Below are positions 11,843 through 25,126 of a stretch of DNA of 59,753 nt, one piece after another (position 1 is the stretch's first letter; every line of letters starts with the position of its first letter). The position numbers were made by a program, and so were the translations under genes. This DNA is from Chromera velia (taxonomy: Eukaryota): contig JAHBMJ010000012.1 of the NCBI GenBank assembly GCA_018398765.1, forward strand, positions 1-59,753. Direction: 5' to 3'. The notes beneath the pieces were generated by a model that saw only the letters and a program-made list of their open reading frames with translations, was not told where the DNA came from and ran no database searches.

Positions 11843-13861
11843 ATGCGGCCCCTTCTTGTGCCCTGCTATTTGCTGTCTGGTGCCCTTGCGTTTCAAAGCT
11901 TTATCGCTCCAAGCAGGCAATTGCGATGCAGTTCTGAAAGAAGGTGCAGATCCCATTTGCACGTCTCCTTGGAGACGGGAGACGGCACTTCCTCTTCCTA
12001 CCCCTTCCTTGATCGGAGGAACAACCATGCAGCCCCCTCCTCAACTTCAGGATCCCGAAGAAGCACTGCTTCTCAGCTCCTCTATCTCATGGTTGGGGTC
12101 CCCCTCGGTCTCTCCTTCGGGGGCGCACACGACGGTTCACTTCCCCCTCTTGCCTTTCCTCCTCGGGCGTGGGCCGTCTCCGCAGTTGACGACGACAAAT
12201 ACTTCCGCTGCATTGTTCTCCTCTTGAGAGTCAAAGAAGCCACCCAGCAGGAGATGCGACTGATTCAGTCGGGAAAATTCAAGGACATACAGAGAAATGA
12301 CATCAAAATGGTCTGCCTGCAAAAGTAGGAACACAGGAAGAGATGCACAGAGGTCAAGTATTACTCTGACTGCAGCGGCAGGACTCAGTCGCTGCCTGTA
12401 ACCTCACCACTGCTCCAATAGAGACAGGAAGAGAGAAAATCGCAAGCCAGATAAACAGAAAGAATCAGCAAAGAAGGTGGGAGGCTCGGGTAGAAATAAG
12501 GGAAGCGGGGTAGTGAGGAAGTTAGAGATCGAGTAAGGAAAAAAACAAGTGAAGAACGTTGGGACCGAAAGAAGGGATCATGGCAGACAGTAAAGAAGGC
12601 CCTACAGCAGACAGAACCCGATGGACTCTGCACTGCACCTTCTTTGCTTCTCGCAGGCAGTCAGCATGATGGTCACAAACTACGACTTGAAGGGAACTAC
12701 GGAGGTTGGTACGAAACGGAGAACGGATCCCTTGGGAGCCTTTGAGCAAGCCGATAGGAGGACGTGTGGAGTGGGTGCCTCACAGCACAAGGCAGAGAAC
12801 GTGAAAAAAGAAGTTGCACTTTTCTCCCAGCACCAATTTCTGTCTGTGCAAGGCTCTGTATTCATCGTGTGCACTTATGATTTGCCGTGAGTCAGAAAAA
12901 GTGGGTGGGGGCGGGGGGTGAAGAGAGGGGAAGAAGACATCGGGCGGAGAAAGGAGGAAATTGAATGAAGAAGGTAGAAATGCTTGGAAAGAAGCAGGTG
13001 TACTGGCTGGAGGAAGAGCTAGAGGGAGCAGAATCGATCGATGCGTGCACACAAAGCCTCTTCTCTTCCTTCTCTTTCCTTCCTTCCTTCCTTCCCCCCT
13101 TCCTTCCCCCCTTCTTTCCTTCCTTTCTTCCTTCCTTCCTTCCTTCCTTCCTTACTTCCTTCCCCTTCCTTCCCCCCTTCCTTCCTTCCTGCCTGCCTGT
13201 CCCTCTGCGTCCCCGCCTGCCTGCTGTCTGAACGGATGTCCGTCCACCCAGTTCTGCCCTTGGACGTCTTGCATGCAGATCCTCAGCACGCGCGCCAGCG
13301 ACAAAGCGAAGTTTGACAATCTTGCACGAGACACGCAAGAGTATCTGACGACAATCCTCACTTATTTTTCTTCCGCCAGCACTAAAGATTTGGAGGTGCG
13401 TCAGCTCTTTCTCTCTCTTTCTCACCCCTCTCTCTTTCCCCTGGTCTTTCTCCTTTGCTGATGCATCAAAGGAAGGGCGATTGAAGACAGGGTGACGACA
13501 GAATGGCAGGAGGGAGGGACATCAGTGGTTGAGAGGATCGAGCGATGGCAGGCAGGAAAGAAGTCGCGAGCCGAGGCAGAAAATCCAAGAGAGATTGATT
13601 CTTTCTGACTCAATCTGCCTGAACGTAGACTCGTCAGCAACAGGGTCCTTCTTTGCATCCTTCTTCCTGTTCGGGTCTGCGTGCTGCACGGCTGGCATGC
13701 AGTGGGAAAGGCTGCACTCATGGTGTGTGTCCATGTAGACAGAAGGGGGACACATACACACAGACACACACACAAAGAGAGAGCGAGAGAGAGAAAGAGT
13801 CGATCTTCCGTCGATTTTTCGTCGAACTTTTGTGCTTCTACTTTCGATAGATGGATAGATA

Positions 13862-13896
<35 letters not shown>

Positions 13897-14911
13897 AGAG
13901 AAAGAGAGAGAGAGAGGGAGAGAGAGAAACGAGAGAGAGGCGCAGAGAAGGAGAGCGGCGGTGTGGTGGGCAGGAGGAATTGAGTGACTGAAGACATGCA
14001 TGGCCTTCCTTTCTGTCGACCTTATGCTCCTGTTCTGTAGAAAGGGCCTGAAGTCATCAAACTGATTTCGGAACTTGAAGGGTCCTGTTCAAGACTCTCT
14101 GAGTGAACCTTCATGCCCTTTCCCCTTGATTGAATTATTTCTTTTGTGCAGGTTAAGGCGCTGTCTCCGGAAAAACAAAAATTCGTCTTGGACGGTCTCA
14201 GGGAATCTGGGTGAGGGTTGCCTTAAGGCCTTTCTGTCGCCTTCTTTTCTTTCTCTGCTTCAGTTGACCTTTTCGCTGTTCTCGGTCCTGCCTGCTTTTT
14301 GTTTGTCTTTCTTCTGCGATGACTTTCTCTTGACCCCTCCCCATCTTCTCCTCTGTTGGCCGGGCTTCCCTGCCTCTGTTTATCCCCCACTGCTGCTCCA
14401 CATCAATCGTCTTCTCCTATCTCTTCTCCCAATTCCTACTCTCTGACGCATCTCCCAACTCTTCTCGATCCCTTCTCTCGCATCCCCCTCTTCACAATGC
14501 TTCCCGTGCATGTTTCCCTACTTTTCGAATACGGAAGGAGTGATCAGGTCTGCCGCCAAGGACACCTGCTTGAGTTCGTCCATCCACTCTGCTTTCTCAA
14601 CTTCCCCATCTTTGTGTCATGCTCTGCTCCACGATTGAATTTTGTATCGATAGATCCGGCAGGAAGGGAGGCAGGCGCGGGCAGGCAAGGCCGTTGCGGC
14701 TGCCTGAATTGTTGACCCCTCGTTCCCCCTCTCTCTACGTGCGTGCGTGCGTGTGTGCAGAAAGAGAATCGACGATATGCGTTCTCTTCTTCCCTCCGCA
14801 CTTGTGTCAAAAGCTGAGGCTCTCATCGCAGAGGAAAACAGGCTTAACGACGAAGAGTACAGACAAGCAGATCAAGGAGCGATGATCAATCCTAATCCAA
14901 ACAAATCTTAG
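11843..14911 (+). CDS. Nucleus-encoded plastid thylakoid-lumen protein (helical, conserved algal hypothetical, possibly PsbQ-like fold). Exons 11843-12310, 12657-12704, 13279-13395, 14152-14210, 14761-14911
   Basis: Signal peptide ends ALA-F, then a Ser/Arg-rich transit peptide, twin-Arg SRRS, a hydrophobic stretch and an AWA cleavage motif. Mature part: RVKEATQQEMRLIQSGKFKDIQRNDIKM|AVSMMVTNY...TILTYF...VLDGLRESG|KRIDD...IAEENRLN. All four introns are GT-AG and in phase. Confidence 0.8.
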
Positions 14912-15061
14912 CAACAACGCAAGCACATTGAATTAAGCACAACGCAATGATATGCACTACTATGCAGCCTCTCAGCATCATGACCATTATGAAACAGTGC
15001 GATATGCATGGTACATTATTATAGGCCTCCAACAAGCCATAGGCCGGCGGCCGGCCGATAC

Positions 15062-15568
15062 TACACAGTACGGTTAGGAGTAACGAAAGTAGGACGGTTA
15101 CTAGCGGCCGCCCGGTTACCAAGTTTGTGGTTACGGTAGTACTATTCCAATAGTAGTGGTAGTAGCTAAAAACAGCAGATTTGGCCACATTCTGAGTCAA
15201 ACTTAACGTATAAAACCAATTTTAGACTAGTAAAAATCGTATTTTTGGCATTCATTAAAAGTTTATTCTAGTAAAATTTAATGTTCATCATTTTATGATT
15301 GAACTCTAACTAGTATATCACTAAATATAGCATTTATTATTTGAGTATGATCATTTCAAGGCTTTAAACTGCTAATGAAGTAAGCGGTCAGACTTTAAAA
15401 TAGGTTTAGCAACTGTTTTTACCAGAGTTTTTCCTTGAACTACTATGGTAGTGGTACTAGTGGTACATGCCTTCAAGTTTGCTGGTTACCATCTCATGGT
15501 TACCAAACTGATGGTAATTCGCTACTGGCTAAAAGAAGGCCAGTAGTAACTCCTAACCGTACTGTGTA
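15062..15568. mobile_element. MITE / non-autonomous DNA transposon (~503 bp), 18-bp perfect TIRs, TA on both sides (Tc1/mariner-like target site)
   Basis: CACAGTACGGTTAGGAGT (15064-15081) is the exact reverse complement of ACTCCTAACCGTACTGTG (15549-15566). Both ends are flanked by TA. The interior is AT-rich, lacks credible coding sequence and has repeated GGTTAC(C) subterminal motifs. Confidence 0.8.
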
Positions 15569-16089
15569 ACCGATAAGCTTACATATTTTAACTCTTTCTT
15601 GGACGGTATCATCCGAAGGAATCTTAGGTAGCTCACTCTTTCACCGCCCTTTTAGGTTCCATTGTAGCCTGATTTCCGCCCGACATACCCCTGATAACCA
15701 GTAGTAACCAGTTATAACCAGTATATAAAATAGTCTGTTCCTAGAAACCTGCATGAGTTCAAGACTCAAATAGCTGCTCACAGTTACTTCGGTATTTCTG
15801 AAAAACGAGAAGTTTATTCATTTATGTGGTTGTATGGAGGGTGGGTCCGTTCGATTTCTGTAAGTGATGGACATACAAGGTTTCTTTCATTTTGGGGTGG
15901 TTTTCATTCGTTGATCATCGTTCTTCTCTCTCTTTTTTTAAAAAATAAAAATTTTAGCATGCATGGTCTTTGTTTATTTAGTTAATGAGTGTCAATTAGT
16001 GTTCACTCCCAGTCATTGTTTTTCATCTGACTATATCTGACTTTCTAGTGATTTATTAATATTTCTGTCGGTTTTTTTTTCCTGCAGTG

Positions 16090-16200
16090 ATATGCGGCGA
16101 CGACGCTCAAACGCCCGGCTCAAGGCTCTGCAAGCGCCGCCACGCGTTCCATACATTTTGAATTGGATGTCTGCATGCATGCATGACATGCATGCAGTTA
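16090..16200 (+). promoter_or_regulatory. Putative promoter with a TGCATGCA cluster upstream of the flagellar-like gene
   Basis: GC patch followed by TGCATGCATGCATGACATGCATGCA (16172-16196), about 260 bp before the ATG. Confidence 0.4.
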
Positions 16201-16453
16201 ATTTGTCATATATCAAAAGCTGTACGTATATACGTAACGATCGAATCAACTGATTGCATGCCGATTGATCTTGAGGAGAAAGAATGCACAGGCTTGCCAA
16301 ACTCATGTGATTCAGCCCTGGACGGTCATGTGAACGGTTCTGCTTTTCTTGAGCCAGCCCTCCTGTGAAGCGAAAGAGAAAGATTCTTTGAAGGGGTTTC
16401 CGAGTTCCCTTTCTGTCCACGCACTCGAGTGCTCTGTCGACCTACTGATCCAG

Positions 16454-17324
16454 ATGGCAAAGATCACCGGCGACGGAAAGTCGAAGCAAAGGGGAGGGTA
16501 CATCGACACCCTCTCCTCCACCCTATGGAGACAAAGACTTGCAAAAGAGAACGCCATCACGACTCCGATCTTCGCAAAGCGCTTGGAAGAAATGGAACCG
16601 CAGCTCGACAAGCCGAACACCTACCTGAAGATCTTCCAGAGGGAGGGCTACCAGCACAAGGTCCAAGAGAAGGAGTACTCGCTTGACAAGATTCAGGAGG
16701 AGGAAGGATTCGATCCGAAGTGTCAGCCACATTGCCACGCACGTATTGATTGCATGTATTAATATCCAAAGAGAATCTGTAGATATATACAACATCGACG
16801 GATACGGAAACAACCGAATAGACGCGTGGACTATTCGCGCGAAGGTACGCACAAAGAAGACTTCCCCGTGTGTACGACAGGAGAAGGAAGGGAAGGGAGT
16901 TTGTGAGTGTTTATGAGAAAGAGGAAGTGGAGGGGGTAGACGGAGACAGTAGGTTTGAGGAGAAGAGGGGAAAACAGTAGGGCAGAAGAATTAACAGGTT
17001 GGGGTCATGGGGATTTGAAAAGAGAATAAAACATACGTTCATGGCAGAAGAAACGAAAACAGGAAACTGCCTTGCCAAAAACAACTGAACAAATCCACCT
17101 ACCGAATGTATACGTTTATGCGAATACGAATCGCCTTCATCGCAATAGAGCTTAAGCTTTCACCAATTTGCCCTTGAATTGAGAAAACGCCCAACCGCCG
17201 CGTTTCTCAGGGTGCGCCGGCCTCTATGCACCTCTCTACACGACTACTTTGTGCCTTTTTCTTGTTTGGGAGCCTGTCAACTGACTTGTGTGCGTTCCTT
17301 TCCGTGGCCTGTGCGCGCGCTCTG

Positions 17325-17357
<33 letters not shown>

Positions 17358-17563
17358 ATGTGCAGGCCACAGATTCACAACCCACCCGAAGCACTTGCGC
17401 CAAAAGCTGGGGGTGGGCCTGTTAAGTTTCTTTCATGTGGTAGAACCTCCTGCATCCACGTTCGTGAACATGCGTGTGCATGTGTGCGGTCTTTTTCGCT
17501 ACCAGAGAAAAGGGAAAAGGAACAGAGAGGGAGAGAGACTGAAAGAGCAAGAGATCACACACT

Positions 17564-17605
<42 letters not shown>

Positions 17606-17644
17606 CATGCACATGCACATGCACACACACACACACACATACAC

Positions 17645-17679
<35 letters not shown>

Positions 17680-19122
17680 CAGAGACAGACAGAAAGAAAG
17701 AAAGATAGACACCAAGCCGGTCAGGGCTGCCTAACAGACCGAATGAGGAACAAACCAACCGTTAAAGGAAGACATCAATTCATCCGACCGCGTTTCATCG
17801 GTCGTCAATCACTTTCGTGCATTCTTTCAGATTCTCAAGGTTCCCCCTAGTTCCAATTCTTCATCCTGCTGCCTTGCTCATCCGCCCCCCCGGGCCCCGT
17901 GTGTGTGTGTGTGTTTCGCTGTGACCTCACTCCAATTCTATTTCCCTGTCTGCTTTCGTCTTGTAGGAGTACACCAAGTACCCCGTGATCACTTCCCAGG
18001 ACTACGGACGCAGGCCCCCTATTGACCACTGGAAATTCAGTCAGTCTTCTCTTCTTTCTGCTCCCTTGATCCTTTCCTTTCCTTCTTCGCCTCTCTTGAA
18101 TTCTCTTCTCTTCTCTTCTCTCTGCTGCATTGCCCTATAAAAGTACGAACACATTTGAAGAGAAGCAGAGAAAGAGAAGGGAAGACAGAGACGCTGATCC
18201 TATGAAAAGAGGAGAAGCGGGGGGAAAACAAGAGCTCTCTGCAATCGAAAGGCATGGACGGAAGGAAGGAAACAGGGGAGGGAAGTAACGATGCAAAGGA
18301 AGGAAGGACGGAAGGAAGGAAGGAAGGAAGGAAGAAACGGAATCCAAACACACGACGCAACACCACTGACCAACGAATTCACCGCCACTCAGAATGCCAT
18401 GCAGTAGAGACACAGACAAGAAGACCACAGACAATTAAGCACGAAGACGCGCATGTCGAGAGAGAAAGTGCAGATAGACGCACACACAGAAAGATGGACA
18501 GAAACACAGACCGGTAAACAGAGAGGGAGGACCGACCGACAGGCAGATAGAGAGGCAGAGAGACCGGAGATGGCCCGTTTTGTCGTTACCTGCCTTCCTG
18601 TGTTTTGCTTCCGCTTGTTTCTCAAGCAGCATCTTCATTTCAGCATATGGATTTTTTATCTGCATCCTGCCGCAATGGATCTCTGTATCCGCTGTGTTTG
18701 CTTCTATTTGCAGGCCACGGTGAGTGAGTTCGACAAGCTCGCAATCCTTTCCTCGGTCGAAAATTTAGGACAGCGATAAAAAACAGGAAGGAAGCGAGGC
18801 ACTATGAAATCATGATCTTTTGACCTAGGTTCCCTCCATTACTTTGCTGTGACACGGGCTCGGATGATTCTGCATGTTTTTTTCCTTTCGTGCGGTCTAC
18901 ATTACATTTTCTGTCACGTTTGCTCTTTCTGCAAGTCGTTGGACTTGGTTGGGGGTTCGATCTTGCAGTAGAGTTTCATCAAATCACCTTGCAAGCAGCA
19001 GGAAACACACGCATGTTTCATTCATTGCAGGGCGCACACGGGCGGTGTTCGACAACTTCATGGACTCTTCTCACCTCGCAACTCAGCACACAGCAGCCAA
19101 CCTGAGGGGGAAAGGACAGTAA
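16454..19122 (+). CDS. Small basic protein, probably flagellar/microtubule-associated (CFAP90/DUF4541-like, tentative). Exons 16454-16719, 16783-16844, 17366-17412, 17967-18039, 18714-18719 (microexon), 19031-19122
   Basis: This chain of phases gives an open frame: ...EEGFDPK|YIQHRRIRKQPNRRVDYSRE|GHRFTTHPKHLRQKLG|EYTKYPVITSQDYGRRPPIDHWKF|SH|GRTRAVFDNFMDSSHL...*. The PVITSQDYGRR motif resembles those of microtubule inner proteins. Confidence 0.7.
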
Positions 19123-19259
19123 TCTCAATCGACCACAATGATGGCGTCGATTCACCACGTCAAAACATCTGTTGAATTCATCCACACAACGTCTAACAGT
19201 AAAAATGGAACCAAGGATCTGGGGCGCGTCTGTCCAAGCAACAGTCGCAAAAAAAAAAT

Positions 19260-20230
19260 CCATAATCGAGTAGGTTGGGAATAGGTTGCGGCCTAGGTTG
19301 CGGCTTTGTTCAAGCTTGGCTCATTTATTTGCATCACTTGATTCATGCATCAAAGTATTTTGTATAAGATCTCGGAGAACTTAGTCATTTTTGTAGAAAT
19401 CCGATCGATTCAAAACTGATTCTGTTTAACCGAATTGAACGGCGAATTTTGATAATGTAACTAGTATTAGATTTAAAGCTAGATTCAAAGCCAATCCCTG
19501 CCAATCACTATGCATGCCAATCAGATATTTTTTCTTCCAGCTACAACGCTGCCATTTAAATTAATTAAACCTTTACGTTACCCCCCCCCCATGAATGTGT
19601 GCTCTCAGTTGTTAGACCGTTGTTCTCAAAGCCTTGCTAGTGGCTTAGGATTTAGCGTCGCTAAACTTATGATTTAACCCTCAATCATCATTATCATCAT
19701 CATGTTACAAATTAAATATCAATGATTATATCATTAATTAAATTGATCTAGTCATTATAATTTAATTCTAGTTAATTTTTTTCAAATTAAATTTTTAAAA
19801 ATACATTTTGAAACCTCGATCATCAAAGTGTATGTACCAACAAATGTTATGAATTGATGCATGTACTGGAAATGATATTAATTGATTATAATATCATATA
19901 ATTTTTGATACTTTTTTCAAATTGATAGTATTGAATTTTGAGTAATAATTCTCTCAGTAATTTGATATAAATTTTACATAAACTTAGGCTTGAGTCTACT
20001 TTAATGATCAATATGCAAAACCAGAGTAACAAATAAAACGGATACCCAGCCTAATGCTAAGCCTCATGTTAGAATTTAGAAATCTACGTAACTTAGCTAG
20101 CAGCTAGGCTAGCAGTGACTATAAGCAGTCTAAAAACAGATGATGAGCCTCAGTCATCAGATGAGCAAATAAAATGGCTATTGTACAGAGGTTACTATAG
20201 AGAGGCCAGTTAAAGGTTAATTCTATGCTC
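19260..20230. repeat. AT/TpA-rich island between convergent genes, probable degenerate repeat
   Basis: Very AT-rich and rich in CTAG/TA, with no ORFs in the track. Short AGGTTG(C/G)G repeats near 19272-19303 and a weak GGCTTAG...CTAAGCC inversion (~19642 / ~20057). Confidence 0.45.
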
Positions 20231-20480
20231 GTTCAAACAATTTTAACAACTTCATGCGTGCTGGTGGTCAAGTTTCCCCAGGTCAACTCGAGACGAATGC
20301 CAGTATCATATCGTACAGTGACATACACTAAGGCTGCACCAACAATGATGGATAACGCTTGGGACTGTGCTACGCGCGGCTCCAACTTGTGAAGTTTTTT
20401 CACGACCAATGCCTCTCTTGAAGTGAGCATCGCTCATACGGGTAGGTCGACCATCCCAGTGTTTTGGAGACTTGTGCATG

Positions 20481-21396
20481 CTACCTCTTTCGGTGTCTTC
20501 GATTCGCTCCTTCTCGTGTTTTCAATCTTTTGTGCGTCTCCCCAGCTACGCTTGAAGCCAGACCATTTGGAGCCGTGGCGGGTGGTGCTGCGGGTATCAA
20601 GATTGCATCGAGGATTCCGGTTGTGTTGCTGGGTGCAGGGGTGAGTCCAAGGATGTTGCAGAAGAAAGAGTACAGTTGGACGTTCTCGAAAGGCGCCACG
20701 CGGACCCCCTTTTTGATTCGGGGCCCAGACGCCCCAAACAAAGCGCCCATCAGCGGGTCAGCGTTGTCCCACCCATGGTTGCCTTTGATCGTCTTCTTGC
20801 GTTCTTCTTCTGTTGTTGTTACCGTCCAGTTCAAACGCATCTGTACCGACACCTGCGTGCGCACGCAAGCGTATTTGAGGACACAGGTGCAGCCCCGAAG
20901 GTGCAAAAAGCTTTGCGGCCCTCTTTTTCAGCTCAAAAGGTTCGAGACATATAACTCACACAAATGGCCACGACCAGAAATGCCTACAGATTTCTTCTTG
21001 CAAATAGAACCTTCAGGAGCATTTGACCATGCAAACAAAAAAAAGCAAGCCTTCACTTCCAACTCCGAAGCACCGCCGCGCACACAAGAAAGGAATGCGA
21101 CAACCGAAAATCAAAAGAATGAATTCCATTCCCCCCTTCTTCCATTCTGTCCAAAAAGAGAAAGAAGGAAAGAACTCTTACGAGCGAAACAATGAATACA
21201 CGTACGAGAAGCCAGGACAACCAAATTGACGGATGATGGAAGAGAGAAAACTTTTCTTGTCGACTTGAACTGTGCACGATAAAAGAACGGAAAGATGCAT
21301 GCAGGGAAAAGAAACGACGAATGGATGCGTACCACAAGAGAGAAGGCCGTGCCAGAGGTTGTCTGTCAAGCTTCCTCAATCGCATTCTCACTGATC

Positions 21397-21427
<31 letters not shown>

Positions 21428-23879
21428 CCACTCACTCACTCACTCACTCACTGACTGGCGCAATCCGGTGGCTATTTGAGTAGTGAAACCTTTCTGGCCA
21501 CGTGCCTCTTGTCCGGAGGGTTGCTTGAGGAACGCTTTCTGCCATCTTTGTCAGGTTGGCGACCAGCTGCATGCATGCAAACAGGCGGGTGGAGAGACGG
21601 CGGGAAACACTACTCTTTGCTTGCCGCATTCCGGCGCTTCGATTGATTGAATGACGCCTGCTTGGTACTCTTCTAAGAGCGCGCGCACGAGCGAAATCGA
21701 AAGAGACGGGAAGGACGTGAAATAAAACATGAGGCAGGAAGAAAAAAGGTAATCGCAGACAGATCCAGGCAACAAGCAAAGGAACCACACAAAATGACAG
21801 ACCTCAAGACGAACAGTGTCGCTCCCCTCCCCCCCTTCAGGCGGAGGGGCACCTGGAGGGAATGGCCAGACGTCCGCCTCAGGTCCAGTCGACGTTATCG
21901 TCACCTTTTTCAGGTCAATGTACTTTTCGAGTGCCACTGCTTTTTCAACCGGCGTGGCGGCAAACCCGTGATCAGCAACCACCACCACAGTTGACTTCTC
22001 CCCCATTGCCAGACCTCGGCGTTCGAGGCCTTTCAAGAGTACCCCCACCTGACAGGCAGGCAGACAGGAAGGAAACAGACAGATTCGGGGAATGGAATGT
22101 ATGAATAAGAGAAGAAGCAGGGAGCTGAGAAGAAGAAGAAGAAACAGGCCCACCCAACGAGAATGAATTCAGACGAGCGAGCAAGCACCTCACAGCGGAA
22201 ACCGAAAAATGTGTACTAAGGAGACTGAGGGTCGACAAGAGAATCGAAGGGATCGATCCAGAGGAGAGCAAGGGAAGGGAAGGGAAGGGAGAGGGGGCTT
22301 GACTGAGAGGAGAGACACAGCCATCCGCCTGTTGATCGAGGCTGTGTACACATACACGTGTGCACCGAGAGGGGAGACAGCTTTGTGAAGGGACGTAAAG
22401 GAATCCAGGGCTAACGAAACAGAGAGGCATTCCGACAGATCCATCCAGACGACAGAGACAAATGCACCATGCATGTGCCCCGCACTTGGCTGCCCTTCCG
22501 CTATGGTGGATTCTTCCTTGCCCGCAGTTCGCTTGGAAGCTGTCACACACAACGGCTATTGGGTCGATCGGTTCGGAAATCAGCTGGTTGCTTTGTGACT
22601 CTTTCTTTGTGTGTTCAACGGGCGATCTTTCAGTGGTAGCAAGAGGGAAAAGGCCTGACATGGCGTGTAGACAGACCACCCTTCTCTCGTCTCCTGTCCT
22701 CCTTTCACCATCCCACATGATGATGATACTTGAGGGCTGACCAACACATCAACTAAAGCAACCAACCGACAGACAGACGAACCGACCAACCAACCGCGTC
22801 GTCTGCCTCTCGTATTGCCTCGTTCACTTCCTCGCTCTCTGGTCCAAATTTGTGGCCCTGGTGATCGACCACCTCGATGTACCTGTTTGTTTTGGGGGCA
22901 AGCAGGGAAGCAACCAATGGGAATTAGTTGTTTTGTTTCTTTCACATTCGAAGACAGGGGGACATTCCATGCTCTATTTTTGGTTCTTTCTGTGAGAGAC
23001 GCATGGCCTCGCACTTTGTTGTACAGAGGCAAACGAACGATCATGCCACGAATAGACATTGAAAGAAGCGAGCCCCCCTCCTGCCACAGACAAAGACATA
23101 AACTTCTCACAGCTTTTTCTCAAGATTCCTGTCTGCGTCCGTTTTTTCTTTCTTGACTAAGTGAGTGGGTGGGTGAGTGCCTGGCTGACGTCATCAGAAG
23201 TTCCGGCCTGGCCTGTTTGGGGAAATCAATCCATTCGAGGACCTTCTTCGCTCTGTCCTCAGAAGGAACAGAGGAGTTAAACCTCTCGAAGTATGTCGGC
23301 CGTCTCCCACCAATCTCTGCTTCATTGCCTGGCCAGAAGTAGACTCCTGCATGAATGCCGTGGCTGACCTGGGCAGGCAATCGCATCACCAGGCAGCAGA
23401 CAAGACGCGCAGAATAACGCAAACACAAAGTCAATTCACACATGGGAGAACTCTAGCAGTCTCCACTTTTTCTACGTCACCGAAATTCTTGTGGGACATA
23501 AATGTGCTGTCAGAAGAAAAGGACTAAAAGCGGCTTCCTCGGAGGCCAAACCCAAGCTAGGAAACAGAAAGAAAGACACACAACATGCTTTTTGATCCCA
23601 GTCTTAGTTGACTGCCTCTCTCGGCTTGGTTCCCTTTACGTGAACACTCACAGAGAGGCAGGCGGGCAGGCAGGCCGTCAGGCAAGGACGCTGCCAACTC
23701 GGGGCAAAAGAAAAAAGTAGGCACAAGCACGTGCAACCAGATGTTGATTGATGCCGACCACATTTCAAAAAGAGCGAAAAAGCAACACAGCCTCAAAAGA
23801 AAACAGTCGAGCAGACAAACGAAAACGACGGGGGGAGTCAAGAAACAGCTCCGAAACCGAGCTCAGTTTCCCGTAAAGC

Positions 23880-23914
<35 letters not shown>

Positions 23915-25126
23915 TTCCTTTCTTTTTTTCCTCCCTTCCTTCTTTCCTTCCTTTCTTAAAAAGCGAGAGGAATGAAGGAGACAGAAAGAAAGTCACAAAA
24001 AGAGAGAGAAAGAAAGGAAAAAAATGAGGAGATAAAGAAAAAGAAAAAACCTACCGCAGTCGCCCACACAGGCTCCCCACCCCACCACCTGCCATCCTTC
24101 CCTCCGTCTCCCATGGTAAAGAATTCACCCCATTTTGGGTCAAAAAAGTAATTCGAGACTATCCCGTGGCTTTCTGGATACAGTCCCGTGGCGATGGCGT
24201 AGAAGTTCGGGAAGGTCTTCGAGGGAAACGACGGCTCCATTCGGTCTGTTCCGGCCCCCCCGTCGATAATCGACTGAATGTGGGGGGAAATCCCGCGCTT
24301 CAAGTAGCTCGCTCTGCAGGGGGGCCAGGTCGACCGTTAGACGAGCAGTTAGGCACGCATATTCAGTTTCGGCCATGTAAGTTGTTTGAGAGCCGGTTGA
24401 AATGAGACCCGAGACACATGCAACTGAGGGTCCTTCAGAGCCGAGAGGCGCAGCCTGAGAACAAGAATCAGACGGCTCTCGAGCGGGACGTGTAAGCAGT
24501 CAGCATCTTTTGTGTGTCGATTCAGCAGGCAGAGAGAACGCCGTTGAGTTGCTGATCGGAAACTGGTATAATCGATGGAAACTGAGAGACGGGAGCACGG
24601 GCAGGCAGGCAGGCGGACACAGTCCATGGATATCAGTGAATGCGGCTGATTGAGGCCCCACGGAGGTGCCGTGCGGGCATCCCGCCTGTCTCTCCGTGCG
24701 TCAGACTGTCTCTGTGTCAACCGACCTGAACCCGTCAATGCCCACGATGATCAGGGGAGAGTATTCTTGAAAGTCTGGTTGGGGAGCGATTTGGTACCCC
24801 ATCAGCTTCATCAACACCACAAAGAAGACGATTCCAAAAAAGAACATCAGAAAGGCACCCACACAAATAATGCACTTCGCGTTTTTCTCTCCCATTCCCC
24901 CCCCTCTGATCACAAAACCGGCACCATCCGAGTGAATCACCCTGGAAGAACGATGAGACCGGGAACCGTTTACATTCCCTTCCACATTATACACGTCTTC
25001 TTCGCTCTCCATCAGGTGCCCGTTGTGCGCCGTGCCCCCCTGGTGCAAGGGGGTAGACGCGACATCCCAGTTTGCATGCACGGAGTTGGGCGTCTCTTCG
25101 AGTGGAAGCTGCTCGAAACCGTTCAT
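20481..25126 (-). CDS. Type II membrane ectonucleotide pyrophosphatase/phosphodiesterase (alkaline phosphatase superfamily). Exons 25126-24726, 24313-24055, 23368-23190, 22882-22795, 22048-21803, 21566-21456, 20852-20481
   Basis: N-terminal TM anchor; IDGFR; catalytic PSKTFPN(F)Y...TGLYPESHGIVSN; WWGGEPVW; YFWPG; metal-ligand motifs VDHQGHKFGP, ADHG and GNHGWDN; FENVQLY. Seven phase-consistent exons. Confidence 0.92.

Noticed and set aside
18714..18779. Alternative last exon ATVSEFDKLAILSSVENLGQR*
   Set aside because: It needs phase 0, but the upstream donor at 18040 is phase 1. The microexon model fits better.
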